Positions 36,835 to 46,591 of a stretch of DNA of 61,832 nucleotides are shown here, piece after piece. Every line of letters begins with the position of its first letter. The stretch's first letter is position 1. Source of the DNA: an uncultured Clostridia bacterium (GTDB lineage: Bacteria; Bacillota; Clostridia; Christensenellales; CAG-314); NCBI GenBank assembly GCA_947630425.1, contig CANRHN010000004.1:1-61832 (forward strand). The letters run 5' to 3'. The translations under genes and the position numbers were made by a program. The notes under the pieces were generated by a model. That model saw only the letters and a program-made list of their open reading frames with translations. It was not told the DNA's origin and did no database searches.

Positions 36835-38979
36835 ATGGATATCAACCAAAAAATTTGTGAAGAATTGCAAGTTGCAAAATGGCAGGTACAAGCGGCGGTC
36901 AACCTTATCGACGACGGAAACACCATTCCGTTCATTTCTCGTTACCGCAAGGAAGCTACGGGCGAGCTGAATGACGAACAGCTACGAAAGTTGGAAGAAC
37001 GGCTGACGTACTTGCGCAATCTGGAGGAAAAAAAGGCGCAGGTGCTGAAAAGTATCGAAGAACAGGGACAGCTTACGGACGAACTGCGCGCAGAAATCGA
37101 GGCTGCCGAAACGCAAGTTGCCGTGGACGACCTCTACCGCCCCTACCGTCCGAAGCGTCGCACTCGCGCCACAATTGCCAAGGAAAAGGGGTTAGAACCT
37201 CTTTCCAACATCATTTTGTTGCAAATGACGGAAGTTCCCGTGCTGCAAACAGCCTTGGAGTACGTAGACCCCGAAAAAGGCGTAAACACCCCCGAGGAAG
37301 CCGTTGACGGCGCGCTCGACATCATTGCGGAGTACTTAAGCGACAACGCAACCTACCGCACGGCGATACGCGACTTGACCTACCGCTTGGGCAAGCTCAC
37401 CTCCGTTGCCAAAAAGCCCGAAGTCAAAACCGTTTACGACAACTACTACAACTACGACGAACCGATAGAAAAGATACAAGGACATCGCGTGCTTGCCGTA
37501 AACCGCGGCGAAGCGGAAAAAGTGCTTACCGTAAAGGTGGCTGCGCCCGTGGAACTCATCAACGACTACCTTGTGCGGCATGTGATAACGCGCAAAAACG
37601 TACACACCGAGGAGCTGCTGAAAAAAGCCATTGCCGACAGCTACACGCGCCTGATAGAGCCGAGCATTGCCACGGAAATACGCAACATCCTGACGGAAAA
37701 GGCGGAGGACGGAGCTATTGCCGTGTTCGGTAAAAACCTCGAACAGCTTTTGATGCAGCCACCCATTGTCGGCAAGGTCGTACTCGGCTGGGACCCCGCA
37801 TTCCGCACGGGCTGCAAACTTGCCGTTGTTGACGCCACGGGCAAGGTGCTTGACACAACCGTCATCTACCCCACCGCGCCCACCACGCCGGAAAAAATTG
37901 CGCGAGCAAAGCTGACGTTGCAATCTCTTATAAAAAAGTACAACATTTCTTTGATTTCCCTCGGCAACGGCACAGCCTCTCGCGAAAGCGAACAAATAAT
38001 TGTGGATTTGCTGCGCGAAACGGGCTTGCCCGTGCAGTACGTAATCGTCAACGAAGCGGGCGCAAGCGTCTACTCGGCAAGCAAACTTGCAACGGAGGAA
38101 TTCCCCGAATTTGACGTCGGACAGCGCAGCGCGGCAAGCATTGCGCGCAGATTGCAGGACCCGTTGAGCGAATTGGTCAAAATCGACCCCAAATCCATCG
38201 GCGTCGGGCAGTACCAACACGATATGAACCAAAAAAAGCTGGGCGAGGCGTTGAACGGAGTTGTTGAGGACTGCGTAAATCGCGTCGGAGTGGACCTTAA
38301 CACGGCAAGCGCGCCGCTGTTGCAATATATTTCCGGTATCAGCTCTGCCATTGCCAAAAACATTGTTGCCTACCGCGAAGCGCACGGGCGTTTCAAAAAC
38401 CGCGAACAGCTGCTCAAGGTTGACAAGCTGGGAGCAAAAGCGTACCAGCAATGCGCGGGATTTTTGCGCATTGTCGGCGGCGACAACTTCCTCGACGCCA
38501 CAAGCGTTCACCCCGAAAGCTACGAAGCCACGCTCAAACTTATGAATTTGATGCACATTGCCCCCGACAACATCGGCAACCTACAGGGACTGAGCAAAAC
38601 GCAAATCAACTACGCAAAACTTTCAAAAGAGCTGAATGTGGGCGAGCTTACCCTGAAAGACATTGTGTCGGAGTTGGAAAAGCCTGCGCGCGACCCCCGT
38701 GACGAAATGCCCAAGCCCATTCTGCGTAGCGACGTACTCGAAATGAAGGACCTGAAAGAGGGAATGATTTTGAAGGGCACAGTGCGCAACGTGATAGACT
38801 TTGGCGTGTTTGTGGACATAGGCGTACATCAGGACGGGTTGGTACACATTTCTCAACTGTCCGCGACAAAATTTGTAAAACACCCGCTGGAAGTCGTAAA
38901 AGTGGGCGACATAGTAGAGGTAAAGGTGCTTTCCGTAGATCTCGACAAAAAACGAATTTCCTTAACCATGAAGCTATAA
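36835..38979 (+). CDS. tex: Tex-family RNA-binding transcriptional accessory protein
   Basis: GNTIPFISRYRKEATG, DPAFRTGCK, NEAGASVYSAS, DPKSIGVGQYQHD and a C-terminal S1 domain. Confidence 0.95.
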   Translation: MDINQKICEELQVAKWQVQAAVNLIDDGNTIPFISRYRKEATGELNDEQLRKLEERLTYLRNLEEKKAQVLKSIEEQGQLTDELRAEIEAAETQVAVDDLYRPYRPKRRTRATIAKEKGLEPLSNIILLQMTEVPVLQTALEYVDPEKGVNTPEEAVDGALDIIAEYLSDNATYRTAIRDLTYRLGKLTSVAKKPEVKTVYDNYYNYDEPIEKIQGHRVLAVNRGEAEKVLTVKVAAPVELINDYLVRHVITRKNVHTEELLKKAIADSYTRLIEPSIATEIRNILTEKAEDGAIAVFGKNLEQLLMQPPIVGKVVLGWDPAFRTGCKLAVVDATGKVLDTTVIYPTAPTTPEKIARAKLTLQSLIKKYNISLISLGNGTASRESEQIIVDLLRETGLPVQYVIVNEAGASVYSASKLATEEFPEFDVGQRSAASIARRLQDPLSELVKIDPKSIGVGQYQHDMNQKKLGEALNGVVEDCVNRVGVDLNTASAPLLQYISGISSAIAKNIVAYREAHGRFKNREQLLKVDKLGAKAYQQCAGFLRIVGGDNFLDATSVHPESYEATLKLMNLMHIAPDNIGNLQGLSKTQINYAKLSKELNVGELTLKDIVSELEKPARDPRDEMPKPILRSDVLEMKDLKEGMILKGTVRNVIDFGVFVDIGVHQDGLVHISQLSATKFVKHPLEVVKVGDIVEVKVLSVDLDKKRISLTMKL

Positions 38980-38995
38980 AAACAAAAAAATGCGC

Positions 38996-39026
38996 ACCAC
39001 ATATTGACAAAATCGCAACATGGGGT
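38996..39026. repeat. Palindromic intergenic repeat copy, probable terminator of tex
   Basis: accacatattg-acaaaatcg-caacatggggt, flanked by aaaaatgcgc and gcgttttt. Confidence 0.7.
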
Positions 39027-39069
39027 GCGTTTTTACTTAAGCTTGTTCAAACGTTAAATGACGTTGAGC

Positions 39070-39101
39070 AAAAAAACGGGAGCGAAACGACCGCTCCTTT
39101 T
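39070..39101 (-). terminator. Terminator after the hypothetical membrane gene
   Basis: ggagcg/cgctcc stem with a T-run on the minus strand. Confidence 0.6.
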
Positions 39102-39113
39102 GTTTTGCAAAAT

Positions 39114-39560
39114 TCAATTTTCGGAAGCTTTGTCGGCGGCGTTTACGCTTTGCTCGTACTCGCGCTTTTTGCCGACATGAAAACATATTGCTTCCGTTGT
39201 GACCACAAGCACGGTGTGGAACAACGCAAACGCCACAGGAGCAATCCACAGTTCCGTCAAATCGACACCGTATTGGTAAAGCACAGGTACAACCGCCCAC
39301 AATGCCGCCGTCAGCAAGTAGCCGACAATGTGCAGCACAAACATGGGTACAATCACTCCGAAATTCCTTACGTTGCCCGTTTCCTTTTTGTTGCCGATAC
39401 CCACAAACAAAAACGAGGGAAATTTGACGCGAATTCGACGGAAATATCGGGGGTCAATTCTCGAAAAACGTTGCCGCAACGGCACCAACAAGCATGTGCA
39501 AACGGAAGCAAGCAGTGTTACGCAAACAACCATAGAAATCAACCAAGGTTCGTTGTTCAT
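39114..39560 (-). CDS. Hypothetical membrane protein (148 aa, about 3 TM)
   Basis: ATG with a GGAGAGG RBS and hydrophobic segments. Confidence 0.7.
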   Translation of the reverse strand: MNNEPWLISMVVCVTLLASVCTCLLVPLRQRFSRIDPRYFRRIRVKFPSFLFVGIGNKKETGNVRNFGVIVPMFVLHIVGYLLTAALWAVVPVLYQYGVDLTELWIAPVAFALFHTVLVVTTEAICFHVGKKREYEQSVNAADKASEN

Positions 39561-39653
39561 AGTGTCCTCTCCAACAAAATTTAACTGTATTGTACATCAA
39601 AAAGCAAAATAACACAACATTTTTGCAAAGGTTGCGTCAAATTTGCAGCAATA

Positions 39654-41114
39654 TTATTGCTCCGAGTCCGACGGCACATCGTTTGCTTGTTCTTCGGGCA
39701 AATCTTCCTTGACGTCCACGTGAATTTCCGCAAGTTTGGCGGCGCGGAATTTTTTGTTTTCGCGCTGAACAAAGTAGGTGGGAACAAACATCAACGCAGC
39801 CACTATCGCCGCAAACAAAAACAGTTCAAAGGGGTACACGTGATTATTGACCTCGTAGCCGTCTTTAACCTGCGGAATGGGAAAGTAGCCTTTGGCGGGC
39901 GCAACGCCGAACTTCTTTATTTCAGGACCGAAGCCGTTGATGATGAGCGGGCAGAAAATGCTGGCAATTATCATAGGCAACGTGACGAAGATAATTATGC
40001 GCACGCCCTGAAAACAGCCCGCTTTTTCCGCGGGGGTGTAGTCGCGAGCGGTGGCGTTGAACAAGCCTGCGGAAAGCAACGACGCGCTTTCCACCAAAGT
40101 ACCGCCCAAAATGAACAGCACGTAGGTCGCCGCGACGTTGCAATTTACAAATTTGATAAAGTACACCAACAAGCCGCCCAACGCGCCTGCCGCCGCAACA
40201 GGGTAAAAGAATTTGTCCTTGCCGAACTTGTCCATCAGCTTGCCGCCCACCACCGCCATTGCGGCAGACAGCAAAATTACCGCGGCAAGCGGCAACACAA
40301 AGTTGTCGCCAAACCCCAAGGTGTACTGCAAAATCATAATCATATACGGTTGCCACAATTGCATTGCCAAACCCGAAAGCATCATACCTATCAGGCAGAT
40401 GTAAATCATCTTGTGTTTTTTGACGTTTTGAGGACGAAATCCGTACACAACTTCCGAAAGGTACTTGCCCGATTTGTCCGGCTTTAGACGAGGACTGTCT
40501 TTCAGCAAAAACAAGCCCGCAACACCGGAAAGTGCGGTCATGCCACCAAGTATGATGAAAAACCACGTCCAATGTCCGTTTGTCGTCAAGCCGTTAAAGG
40601 CGACAAAAATTATCATCAGCGCGGCAACGGGCATAATGGAAAGCACCACGTCAACAAATCCGCGGTTTGTTATGTCGGTGACGTCCGTTACCCAACTGCT
40701 GAACGCCGCGTCGTTGGAGAGGCTGCCGAACAACGTCATCACGCAATCCATCACCACAAACACCACAACAACCCACACAACATCCGACGCGGCAAAATGT
40801 TCGTCGCCGAAAAAGGCAAAGCTCGCCGTGACCAAGCCCCAAATGATGTACCCCCAAGATATAAACACCTTGCGCTTGCCCAATCTGTCGGAAAGCACTC
40901 CGCCGAAAATGGTAACAAGGGCTGCCACCACCGCGCTTGCCGCTACCGTTGCGCTTGTAGCCCAACCGTCTGTTGTTATTTGTTTTTGAATATAGGTGGA
41001 AAAGTACATGTTCTCCACCATCCAGGCAAGCTGTCCCATCAATCCGAAAATGATGATAGAAAACCAAATGCGCGTGCCCAGCTTGTTGGATTTTTTTACA
41101 ATTGCTTCTGCCAT
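39654..41114 (-). CDS. MFS transporter
   Basis: About 12 TM, GVLSDRLGKRK and GKLMDKFGK motif A copies. Confidence 0.9.
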   Translation of the reverse strand: MAEAIVKKSNKLGTRIWFSIIIFGLMGQLAWMVENMYFSTYIQKQITTDGWATSATVAASAVVAALVTIFGGVLSDRLGKRKVFISWGYIIWGLVTASFAFFGDEHFAASDVVWVVVVFVVMDCVMTLFGSLSNDAAFSSWVTDVTDITNRGFVDVVLSIMPVAALMIIFVAFNGLTTNGHWTWFFIILGGMTALSGVAGLFLLKDSPRLKPDKSGKYLSEVVYGFRPQNVKKHKMIYICLIGMMLSGLAMQLWQPYMIMILQYTLGFGDNFVLPLAAVILLSAAMAVVGGKLMDKFGKDKFFYPVAAAGALGGLLVYFIKFVNCNVAATYVLFILGGTLVESASLLSAGLFNATARDYTPAEKAGCFQGVRIIIFVTLPMIIASIFCPLIINGFGPEIKKFGVAPAKGYFPIPQVKDGYEVNNHVYPFELFLFAAIVAALMFVPTYFVQRENKKFRAAKLAEIHVDVKEDLPEEQANDVPSDSEQ

Positions 41115-41140
41115 GACGCTCTCCGAATGATTTTTTGTAT

Positions 41141-41169
41141 ATTATACCATATTTGCCGCCGCATTTCAA
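41141..41169 (-). promoter_or_regulatory. SigmaA promoter of the MFS gene
   Basis: TTGAAA-17 bp-TATAAT with an extended -10 TG. Confidence 0.75.
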
Positions 41170-41295
41170 TAACCGCGCCGACTTTTGCGCTGCGCAAAAT
41201 GCCACAGTTTGGCGGCGTAAACGTCACTTCGCCCCCCCCCCATTCAACACTATCGAGTGAAAAGCTCCTTTGTGTCGAAACTCATATTATATAAA

Positions 41296-41329
41296 AAGAT
41301 ACCGACTTCGGGCGGGAAGTCGGTATCTT
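41296..41329 (-). terminator. Terminator of the IscU-like/GGGtGRT operon
   Basis: Perfect 14-bp stem aagataccgacttc/gaagtcggtatctt, followed by a T-run on the minus strand. Confidence 0.8.
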
Positions 41330-41408
41330 AAATGTTGTAAACTTAACCGTTGATTGCGCATGCGTTACGCAGTAGCAAGCAATCAACCGCCGCACTGTGG
41401 GCGGAAAC

Positions 41409-42407
41409 TTACTTTGACAATGCTACTGCCACCGAGCAGGCGACGGTTGCGCCCACCATCGGGTTGTTGCCCATACCGATCAATCCCATCATTTCCACGT
41501 GCGCAGGAACGGAGCTGCTGCCCGCAAACTGAGCGTCACTGTGCATACGTCCCAACGTGTCGGTCATTCCGTAGGATGCAGGACCCGCAGCCACGTTGTC
41601 GGGATGCAAGGTACGTCCCGTACCGCCGCCGCTTGCCACGGAGAAGTACTTTCTGCCGTTTTCATGACACCACTTTTTGTAAGTGCCCGCAACAGGATGT
41701 TGGAAACGCGTGGGGTTGGTGGAGTTGCCCGTGATGGAAACGTCCACTTTTTCGTAACGCATGATGGCGACGCCTTCGTTTACGTCGTCCGCGCCGTAGC
41801 AACGAACCTTTGAACGCTCGCCGTCGGAGAAGGGGACTTCGCGAACTATCGTCAATTCGCCCGTGTAGTAATCGTACTTGGTTTGAACGTAAGTAAAGCC
41901 GTTGATACGAGAAATGATATATGCGGCGTCCTTGCCCAAGCCGTTCAAAATTACGCGAAGAGGCTTTTTGCGCGCTTTGTTGGCGTTACGCGCAATACCG
42001 ATTGCGCCCTCGGCGGCTGCGAACGATTCGTGACCGGCAAGGAATGCAAAGCAGTCCGTTTCTTCACGAAGCAGCATTGCCCCCAAATTGCCGTGTCCGA
42101 GACCTACCTTACGTTGATCCGCCACGCTGCCGGGGATACAAAACGCTTGCAATCCCAAACCGATACTTTCCGACACTTCCGCGGCGTTTTTGAAGCCTTT
42201 TTTGTAAGCGATGGCGCAGCCGAGAGTGTACGCCCAAACTGCGTTTTCAAAAGCGATAGGCTGTACGCCCTTGACGATTTCTTCCACGTTTACGCCGTGA
42301 GAAAGGCACAAATCGCGCGCTTCTTCGAGACTTTTAAGTCCGTACTTTTGGAGTTCGGAGTTGATTTTGTCTATTCTTCTTTCATAACCTTCAAATCTTA
42401 CTGCCAT
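41409..42407 (-). CDS. GGGtGRT protein (function unknown)
   Basis: Contains SVASGGGTGRTLHPDN, GHESFAAAEGA and QFAGSSSVPAHVEM. Confidence 0.92.
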   Translation of the reverse strand: MAVRFEGYERRIDKINSELQKYGLKSLEEARDLCLSHGVNVEEIVKGVQPIAFENAVWAYTLGCAIAYKKGFKNAAEVSESIGLGLQAFCIPGSVADQRKVGLGHGNLGAMLLREETDCFAFLAGHESFAAAEGAIGIARNANKARKKPLRVILNGLGKDAAYIISRINGFTYVQTKYDYYTGELTIVREVPFSDGERSKVRCYGADDVNEGVAIMRYEKVDVSITGNSTNPTRFQHPVAGTYKKWCHENGRKYFSVASGGGTGRTLHPDNVAAGPASYGMTDTLGRMHSDAQFAGSSSVPAHVEMMGLIGMGNNPMVGATVACSVAVALSK

Positions 42408-42421
42408 AGTTGTTTTCCTCC

Positions 42422-43114
42422 TTACTCGTTACGCGGAACAATGTATTTGGCGGCGTTTTCAAAACGACCGTAGTTTTTCTTTGCCTTTTGAAGAGCTTCG
42501 TTGGCGTCCATTCCCTCGGAAATGTGCTTCATCAGCACGCCGAGATTGACGTACTCGTAGCCGATTATCTCGCCGTTTTCGTCAAGCGCAAGACGAGTGA
42601 CATAGCCCTCTGCCATTTCCAGATAGCGAGGACCTTTGGCGGATGTGGAATACATTGTGCCCACCTGACTGCGAAGCCCTTTGCCGAGATCTTCCAATCC
42701 CGCGCCGATGGGCAGTCCGTCGTCGGAAAATGCCGATTGCGTACGTCCGTATACGATCTGCAAAAACAGCTCGCGCATTGCAACGTTGATCGCGTCGCAA
42801 ACAAGGTCGGTGTTCAACGCTTCGAGAATGGTCTTGCCCGGCAAAATTTCCGCAGCCATAGCGGCGGAATGGGTCATGCCAGAGCATCCGATTGTTTCCA
42901 CCAACGCTTCCTGAATGACGCCGTCCTTGACGTTAAGGGTCAGCTTGCAAGTGCCTTGTTGAGGCGCGCAGCAACCGCAGCCGTGCGTCAGACCGCTGAT
43001 TTGATTGATTTGCGTTGCGGCTACCCACTTGCCCTCCTCGGGAATGGGAGCAGGACCGTGATTGCAGCCTTTCTTTACGCATTGCATCAATTCTACTTCG
43101 TGTGAATATTGCAT
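42422..43114 (-). CDS. IscU/NifU_N-like Fe-S scaffold-fold protein (GGGtGRT partner)
   Basis: HGCGCCAPQQGTCKLTLNVKDG, TIGCSGMTHS, DLVCDAIN. GGAGG RBS before ATG 43114. Confidence 0.8.
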   Translation of the reverse strand: MQYSHEVELMQCVKKGCNHGPAPIPEEGKWVAATQINQISGLTHGCGCCAPQQGTCKLTLNVKDGVIQEALVETIGCSGMTHSAAMAAEILPGKTILEALNTDLVCDAINVAMRELFLQIVYGRTQSAFSDDGLPIGAGLEDLGKGLRSQVGTMYSTSAKGPRYLEMAEGYVTRLALDENGEIIGYEYVNLGVLMKHISEGMDANEALQKAKKNYGRFENAAKYIVPRNE

Positions 43115-43301
43115 AGAGAATGTCCTCCGATAAAAAATTTCATATAAAAAAAGTATATCACACTCTACTTTATTAGGCAAGATTTTACAAAAAAAATAAA
43201 CAGTATAGGTTTGTTTTATGTCAGAAATAAATTTTACTAATCTGCCGTCACAATTACGGGCATGCCCACATTGCAAATTGCCGCCGTCGGGCGCAAACGC
43301 C

Positions 43302-43817
43302 TCAATTCCAATCCAATTGGCAAAGCGAATTGCCGTCGGGCGATTTGAGCGTTGCGCCCTGCTCATCCAACGTCATATAGCACGGCACGCCGTCACGAGC
43401 GCGCGCAAGCGATCCGACGTTGAGCGCGTATATGCCCCTAAAACACCGCAGCTGCCCCACGTGAGTATGCCCGTATATCAGCGCGTCGCCCTCTTTGAGA
43501 AAGGGCGGGACGCGCATTGCGTTGTACCTGTCGCCGTGCGTGAAAAACAACGTTCTGCCAAAGTGATACATCAGCGCGTTGTCCTCCATTTCCGTTTTCA
43601 ACACGCTTGCCGCCGTTGCGAAGTCGTTGTTGCCCTTTACAAGGTACAACACGCCCTCTAAACTTTCAACCATGTTTGCCACGTCGCCCACGTTTGACCA
43701 ACCGAACAAATCTCCGCAAATTACCGTTTTGTTCGGCTTTTCTCTTTGGGAAATCGCCACTGCGTCCGACAGAGCAGCCAAGCTGCCGTGAAAATCGGCA
43801 AAAACAAGTATCTTCAT
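43302..43817 (-). CDS. YfcE-family metallophosphoesterase
   Basis: ADFHG, CGD, KGNND, THGD, GHTH, NVGS. Confidence 0.88.
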   Translation of the reverse strand: MKILVFADFHGSLAALSDAVAISQREKPNKTVICGDLFGWSNVGDVANMVESLEGVLYLVKGNNDFATAASVLKTEMEDNALMYHFGRTLFFTHGDRYNAMRVPPFLKEGDALIYGHTHVGQLRCFRGIYALNVGSLARARDGVPCYMTLDEQGATLKSPDGNSLCQLDWN

Positions 43818-44107
43818 AACTCGATGTGTTCGATGCCCTCTTTGTCACTGCGCTTGTACACCACAAATCTGTTGCCGATACACAAAACCGGTTCGCAGCC
43901 GAGCAAATTGCAAACTTCCTCGCACATAACGCGCGCGGGGATTTCGCAGCTTTTCAGCGCGGCAACCTTGACCAATTCTCTGTGGAGAAGCGCGACTTCT
44001 ATTTCCTTGACGATGTTTTCCGTCAGCTCCTCTTTTCCGACGGTGACGATAGGCTTCAGGGTGTTGGCAAGAGATTTCAATTTGCTTCTTTGTTTGGTAG
44101 TAATCAT
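43814..44107 (-). CDS. yhbY: YhbY/CRM-domain RNA-binding protein
   Basis: TTKQRSKLKSLANTLKPIVTVGKEEL, HRELVKV, IGNRFVVYK. Start placed at MITTK (44107). Confidence 0.9.
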   Translation of the reverse strand: MITTKQRSKLKSLANTLKPIVTVGKEELTENIVKEIEVALLHRELVKVAALKSCEIPARVMCEEVCNLLGCEPVLCIGNRFVVYKRSDKEGIEHIEL

Positions 44108-44138
44108 TTTTCGCTCCTTTGTGACGTTTTGGCGGCAA

Positions 44139-45401
44139 TCAATCCACAAACTCGAATTCGATGTCGCCCACGATAACGGTGCTGCCGTCGGTTGCGCCGT
44201 TTTTACGCAAGGCGGCGATGACGCCCCTGTCGCGCAAAACCTTTTGAAAGTAAGCAAAGCTGTCGTAGTCGTCCAGATTTACCTTGCGACTGAGCATTTC
44301 CACCAATCCGCCCGTCACCTCGTAAACGTCCTCGCCGAGTACGTCAACGGCAAAGTCGTCGCCAAGCTCCTTTTGCAATTTTACGGGGGTGTAGACCATC
44401 GGTTCAAGAGGGGGCAACGTTTTCAAAATGTCCGCAATCGCAGCAATAAGCTCGTCCACACCCTCGTGTATAAGCGTCGTTGTGGGAATGATTTGATACT
44501 TTTTCGCGTACTTTGCACGGAAACGCTCAAGATTTGCTTGGGCATTGGGCATGTCCATTTTGTTGGCGACCACAATCATAGGCAAGCTTTCGAGTTGCTT
44601 GTCGTAGCTGTAAATTTCGTTGTTTATCAGCTCAAAATCGCTGATGGGGTCGCGATTTTCGTACCCTGAAATGTCCAAAACGTGTACCAACAGCCGCGTT
44701 CTTTCGATGTGCCGCAAAAAGCTGTGCCCAAGTCCAGCGCCCTCGCTTGCACCCTCAATCAGCCCGGGTATGTCCGCCATTACAAAAGTTTGATCGTGGT
44801 AGCTGACAACGCCGAGGTTGGGGCTGAGCGTGGTAAAATGGTAGTTGGCAATTTTCGGCTTGGCGTCGGAAACAACGGACAAAAGCGTGCTTTTGCCAAC
44901 GTTGGGAAATCCCACCAAACCCACGTCCGCAATGGTTTTAAGCTCCAACGTGACCTCGTACTCCTGCGTTTTGACACCGTGTTCCGCAAAAGAAGGAGAC
45001 TGACGGCGGGAAGTTTTGAAGTGCCAATTGCCTCTGCCGCCCTTGCCGCCCTGCAAGATAACTTCGCGCTGTCCGTCCTCGAACATGTCGGCAACAATGT
45101 CTCCGTCGGCGTTTTTTACCACCGTTCCGACGGGAACTTTGACGATCACGTCGCTGCCCTGCTTGCCGAACGAACGCTGTCTGCCGCCGTTTTCGCCGTC
45201 TCCCGCGCGAAAATGCTTTTGATAGTGGAAAGCGTTAAGCGTGTTCTCCGAGGTGGTCGCGACAAAAATCACGTCGCCGCCCTTGCCGCCGTCGCCGCCG
45301 TCCGGACCGCCGTTGTTGACGTACTTTTCGGTGTGTAAACTTGCGGACCCGTTGCCGCCGTTACCGGATTTTATAAAAATTTTTACTTTGTCGATAAACA
45401 T
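44139..45401 (-). CDS. obgE: GTPase ObgE
   Basis: MFIDKVKI, GGPDGGDGGKGG, GFPNVGKST, DIPGLIEGA, NKMD and the C-terminal Obg domain. Confidence 0.97.
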   Translation of the reverse strand: MFIDKVKIFIKSGNGGNGSASLHTEKYVNNGGPDGGDGGKGGDVIFVATTSENTLNAFHYQKHFRAGDGENGGRQRSFGKQGSDVIVKVPVGTVVKNADGDIVADMFEDGQREVILQGGKGGRGNWHFKTSRRQSPSFAEHGVKTQEYEVTLELKTIADVGLVGFPNVGKSTLLSVVSDAKPKIANYHFTTLSPNLGVVSYHDQTFVMADIPGLIEGASEGAGLGHSFLRHIERTRLLVHVLDISGYENRDPISDFELINNEIYSYDKQLESLPMIVVANKMDMPNAQANLERFRAKYAKKYQIIPTTTLIHEGVDELIAAIADILKTLPPLEPMVYTPVKLQKELGDDFAVDVLGEDVYEVTGGLVEMLSRKVNLDDYDSFAYFQKVLRDRGVIAALRKNGATDGSTVIVGDIEFEFVD

Positions 45402-45406
45402 GATTT

Positions 45407-46591
45407 TTACCCGATTTTTTCAAATTTGCTTTGCGCCGTTTTTGCGCAGGAAAGCGCGTCCGCAACGGCTTGGGCGACCGTTTTGCCGCCGACCGCGTCG
45501 CCGCCGATATATACGTCAGACAACAGCTTGCCGTCCGACGTTACCTGCCGCAACAACGTTTTGTCAAACGAGCTGCCCAACGCGGAAACAACCGCGTCGA
45601 AGGTAAGCACGCAAAGCTTGTCCGTCAAAACAAGCTTGTCCCGCCCTTCGCTCAAGGTCCCGGCAAGCGTAAGTTGAATTTTACCGTCCCTCTTCGACAG
45701 CTCGGTCGGAGCAACGTTGAAAACAAAACGCACGCCTTCCGACTCGGCAGAAGCGATTTCTTTGGCAAAAGCGGGCATATCTTGTTTTGTGCGACGGTAC
45801 ACAACGGTGACGTCCGCACCCGCTTTTTTGGCAAGTCGCGCGCAGTCCATAGCGGTGTTGCCGCCGCCTACGATTGCGATTGTTTTGCCCTTCAAAGAGG
45901 GATTTTTTTGCCAAAATTCGCCGCCCATGTCAAGAAAAACAGAATATGGGGTGGCAAAACATTCGCCGTCCACGTTCATTTTGCGCTCGACATTTGCGCC
46001 CGTTGCGACAAACACAACGTCGTAGCTGTCGGCAAGCTGCCGCAAAACGTCACTGTTTACCGCCTGTTTGACAAACCTGAATTTGCCCTCGATTTGCTGC
46101 TCTATGCGCGTTACGGCTTGCTGCGGAAGTCGAAACTCGGGAATAAGCCTCAAAGTTGACAGCGGTCTGTTCGGTTCGTAAATGGTGACGTCCGCGCCCT
46201 GCTCGTACATTTTTACCGCAAACGTCAACCCGGCAACGCCCGCGCCCACGACCGCAACGGATTTTTTTTCTGCGCGCGTGTCCAAACGCAAAACAGCGTA
46301 GGGATTTTTTGCAAAAACTTCCCTTTCCACCATTCCCATACGAACAGCCGCGCCGCGTTTGTTCAGAACGCAATTGCCCTGACAATTTTGCTCGTGCGGA
46401 CACACGTAGCCGCAGATCTCCCCGAAAGGATGTCTGAAAAGGCGCACCGCTTCCTCTTGCCTGCCCTGCTTTACAAGCTGCAAAAATTGCGGCACGTCAT
46501 TTCCTATCGGACAAGCAGCTGCGCACTGCGATTTGGGACAATGCAAGCAGCGACTGCTTTCTTCAATATAATTGTTGGCTGTATCAGACAT
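45407..46591 (-). CDS. GltD/NfnB-like Fe-S flavoprotein oxidoreductase
   Basis: RCLHCPKSQCAAACP, CGYVCPHEQNCQGNC, GAGVAG, GGGNTAMDCAR, GGDAVGG. Start placed at MSDTANN (46591). Confidence 0.85.
   Translation of the reverse strand: MSDTANNYIEESSRCLHCPKSQCAAACPIGNDVPQFLQLVKQGRQEEAVRLFRHPFGEICGYVCPHEQNCQGNCVLNKRGAAVRMGMVEREVFAKNPYAVLRLDTRAEKKSVAVVGAGVAGLTFAVKMYEQGADVTIYEPNRPLSTLRLIPEFRLPQQAVTRIEQQIEGKFRFVKQAVNSDVLRQLADSYDVVFVATGANVERKMNVDGECFATPYSVFLDMGGEFWQKNPSLKGKTIAIVGGGNTAMDCARLAKKAGADVTVVYRRTKQDMPAFAKEIASAESEGVRFVFNVAPTELSKRDGKIQLTLAGTLSEGRDKLVLTDKLCVLTFDAVVSALGSSFDKTLLRQVTSDGKLLSDVYIGGDAVGGKTVAQAVADALSCAKTAQSKFEKIG

Noticed and set aside
8408-39026. ACCCCAT...ATGGGGT repeats as a CRISPR array
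   Set aside because: The copies are kilobases apart, not regularly spaced, and no cas genes are present.
41232-41241. C10 (G10 on the minus strand) tract upstream of the MFS gene
   Set aside because: It lies about 60 bp upstream of the -35 of an intact 17-bp promoter, not in the spacer or CDS, so there is no evident phase-variation mechanism.
45940-45955. aatatggggt match to the repeat arm
   Set aside because: It is inside the oxidoreductase CDS without the partner arm, so it is probably a chance match.
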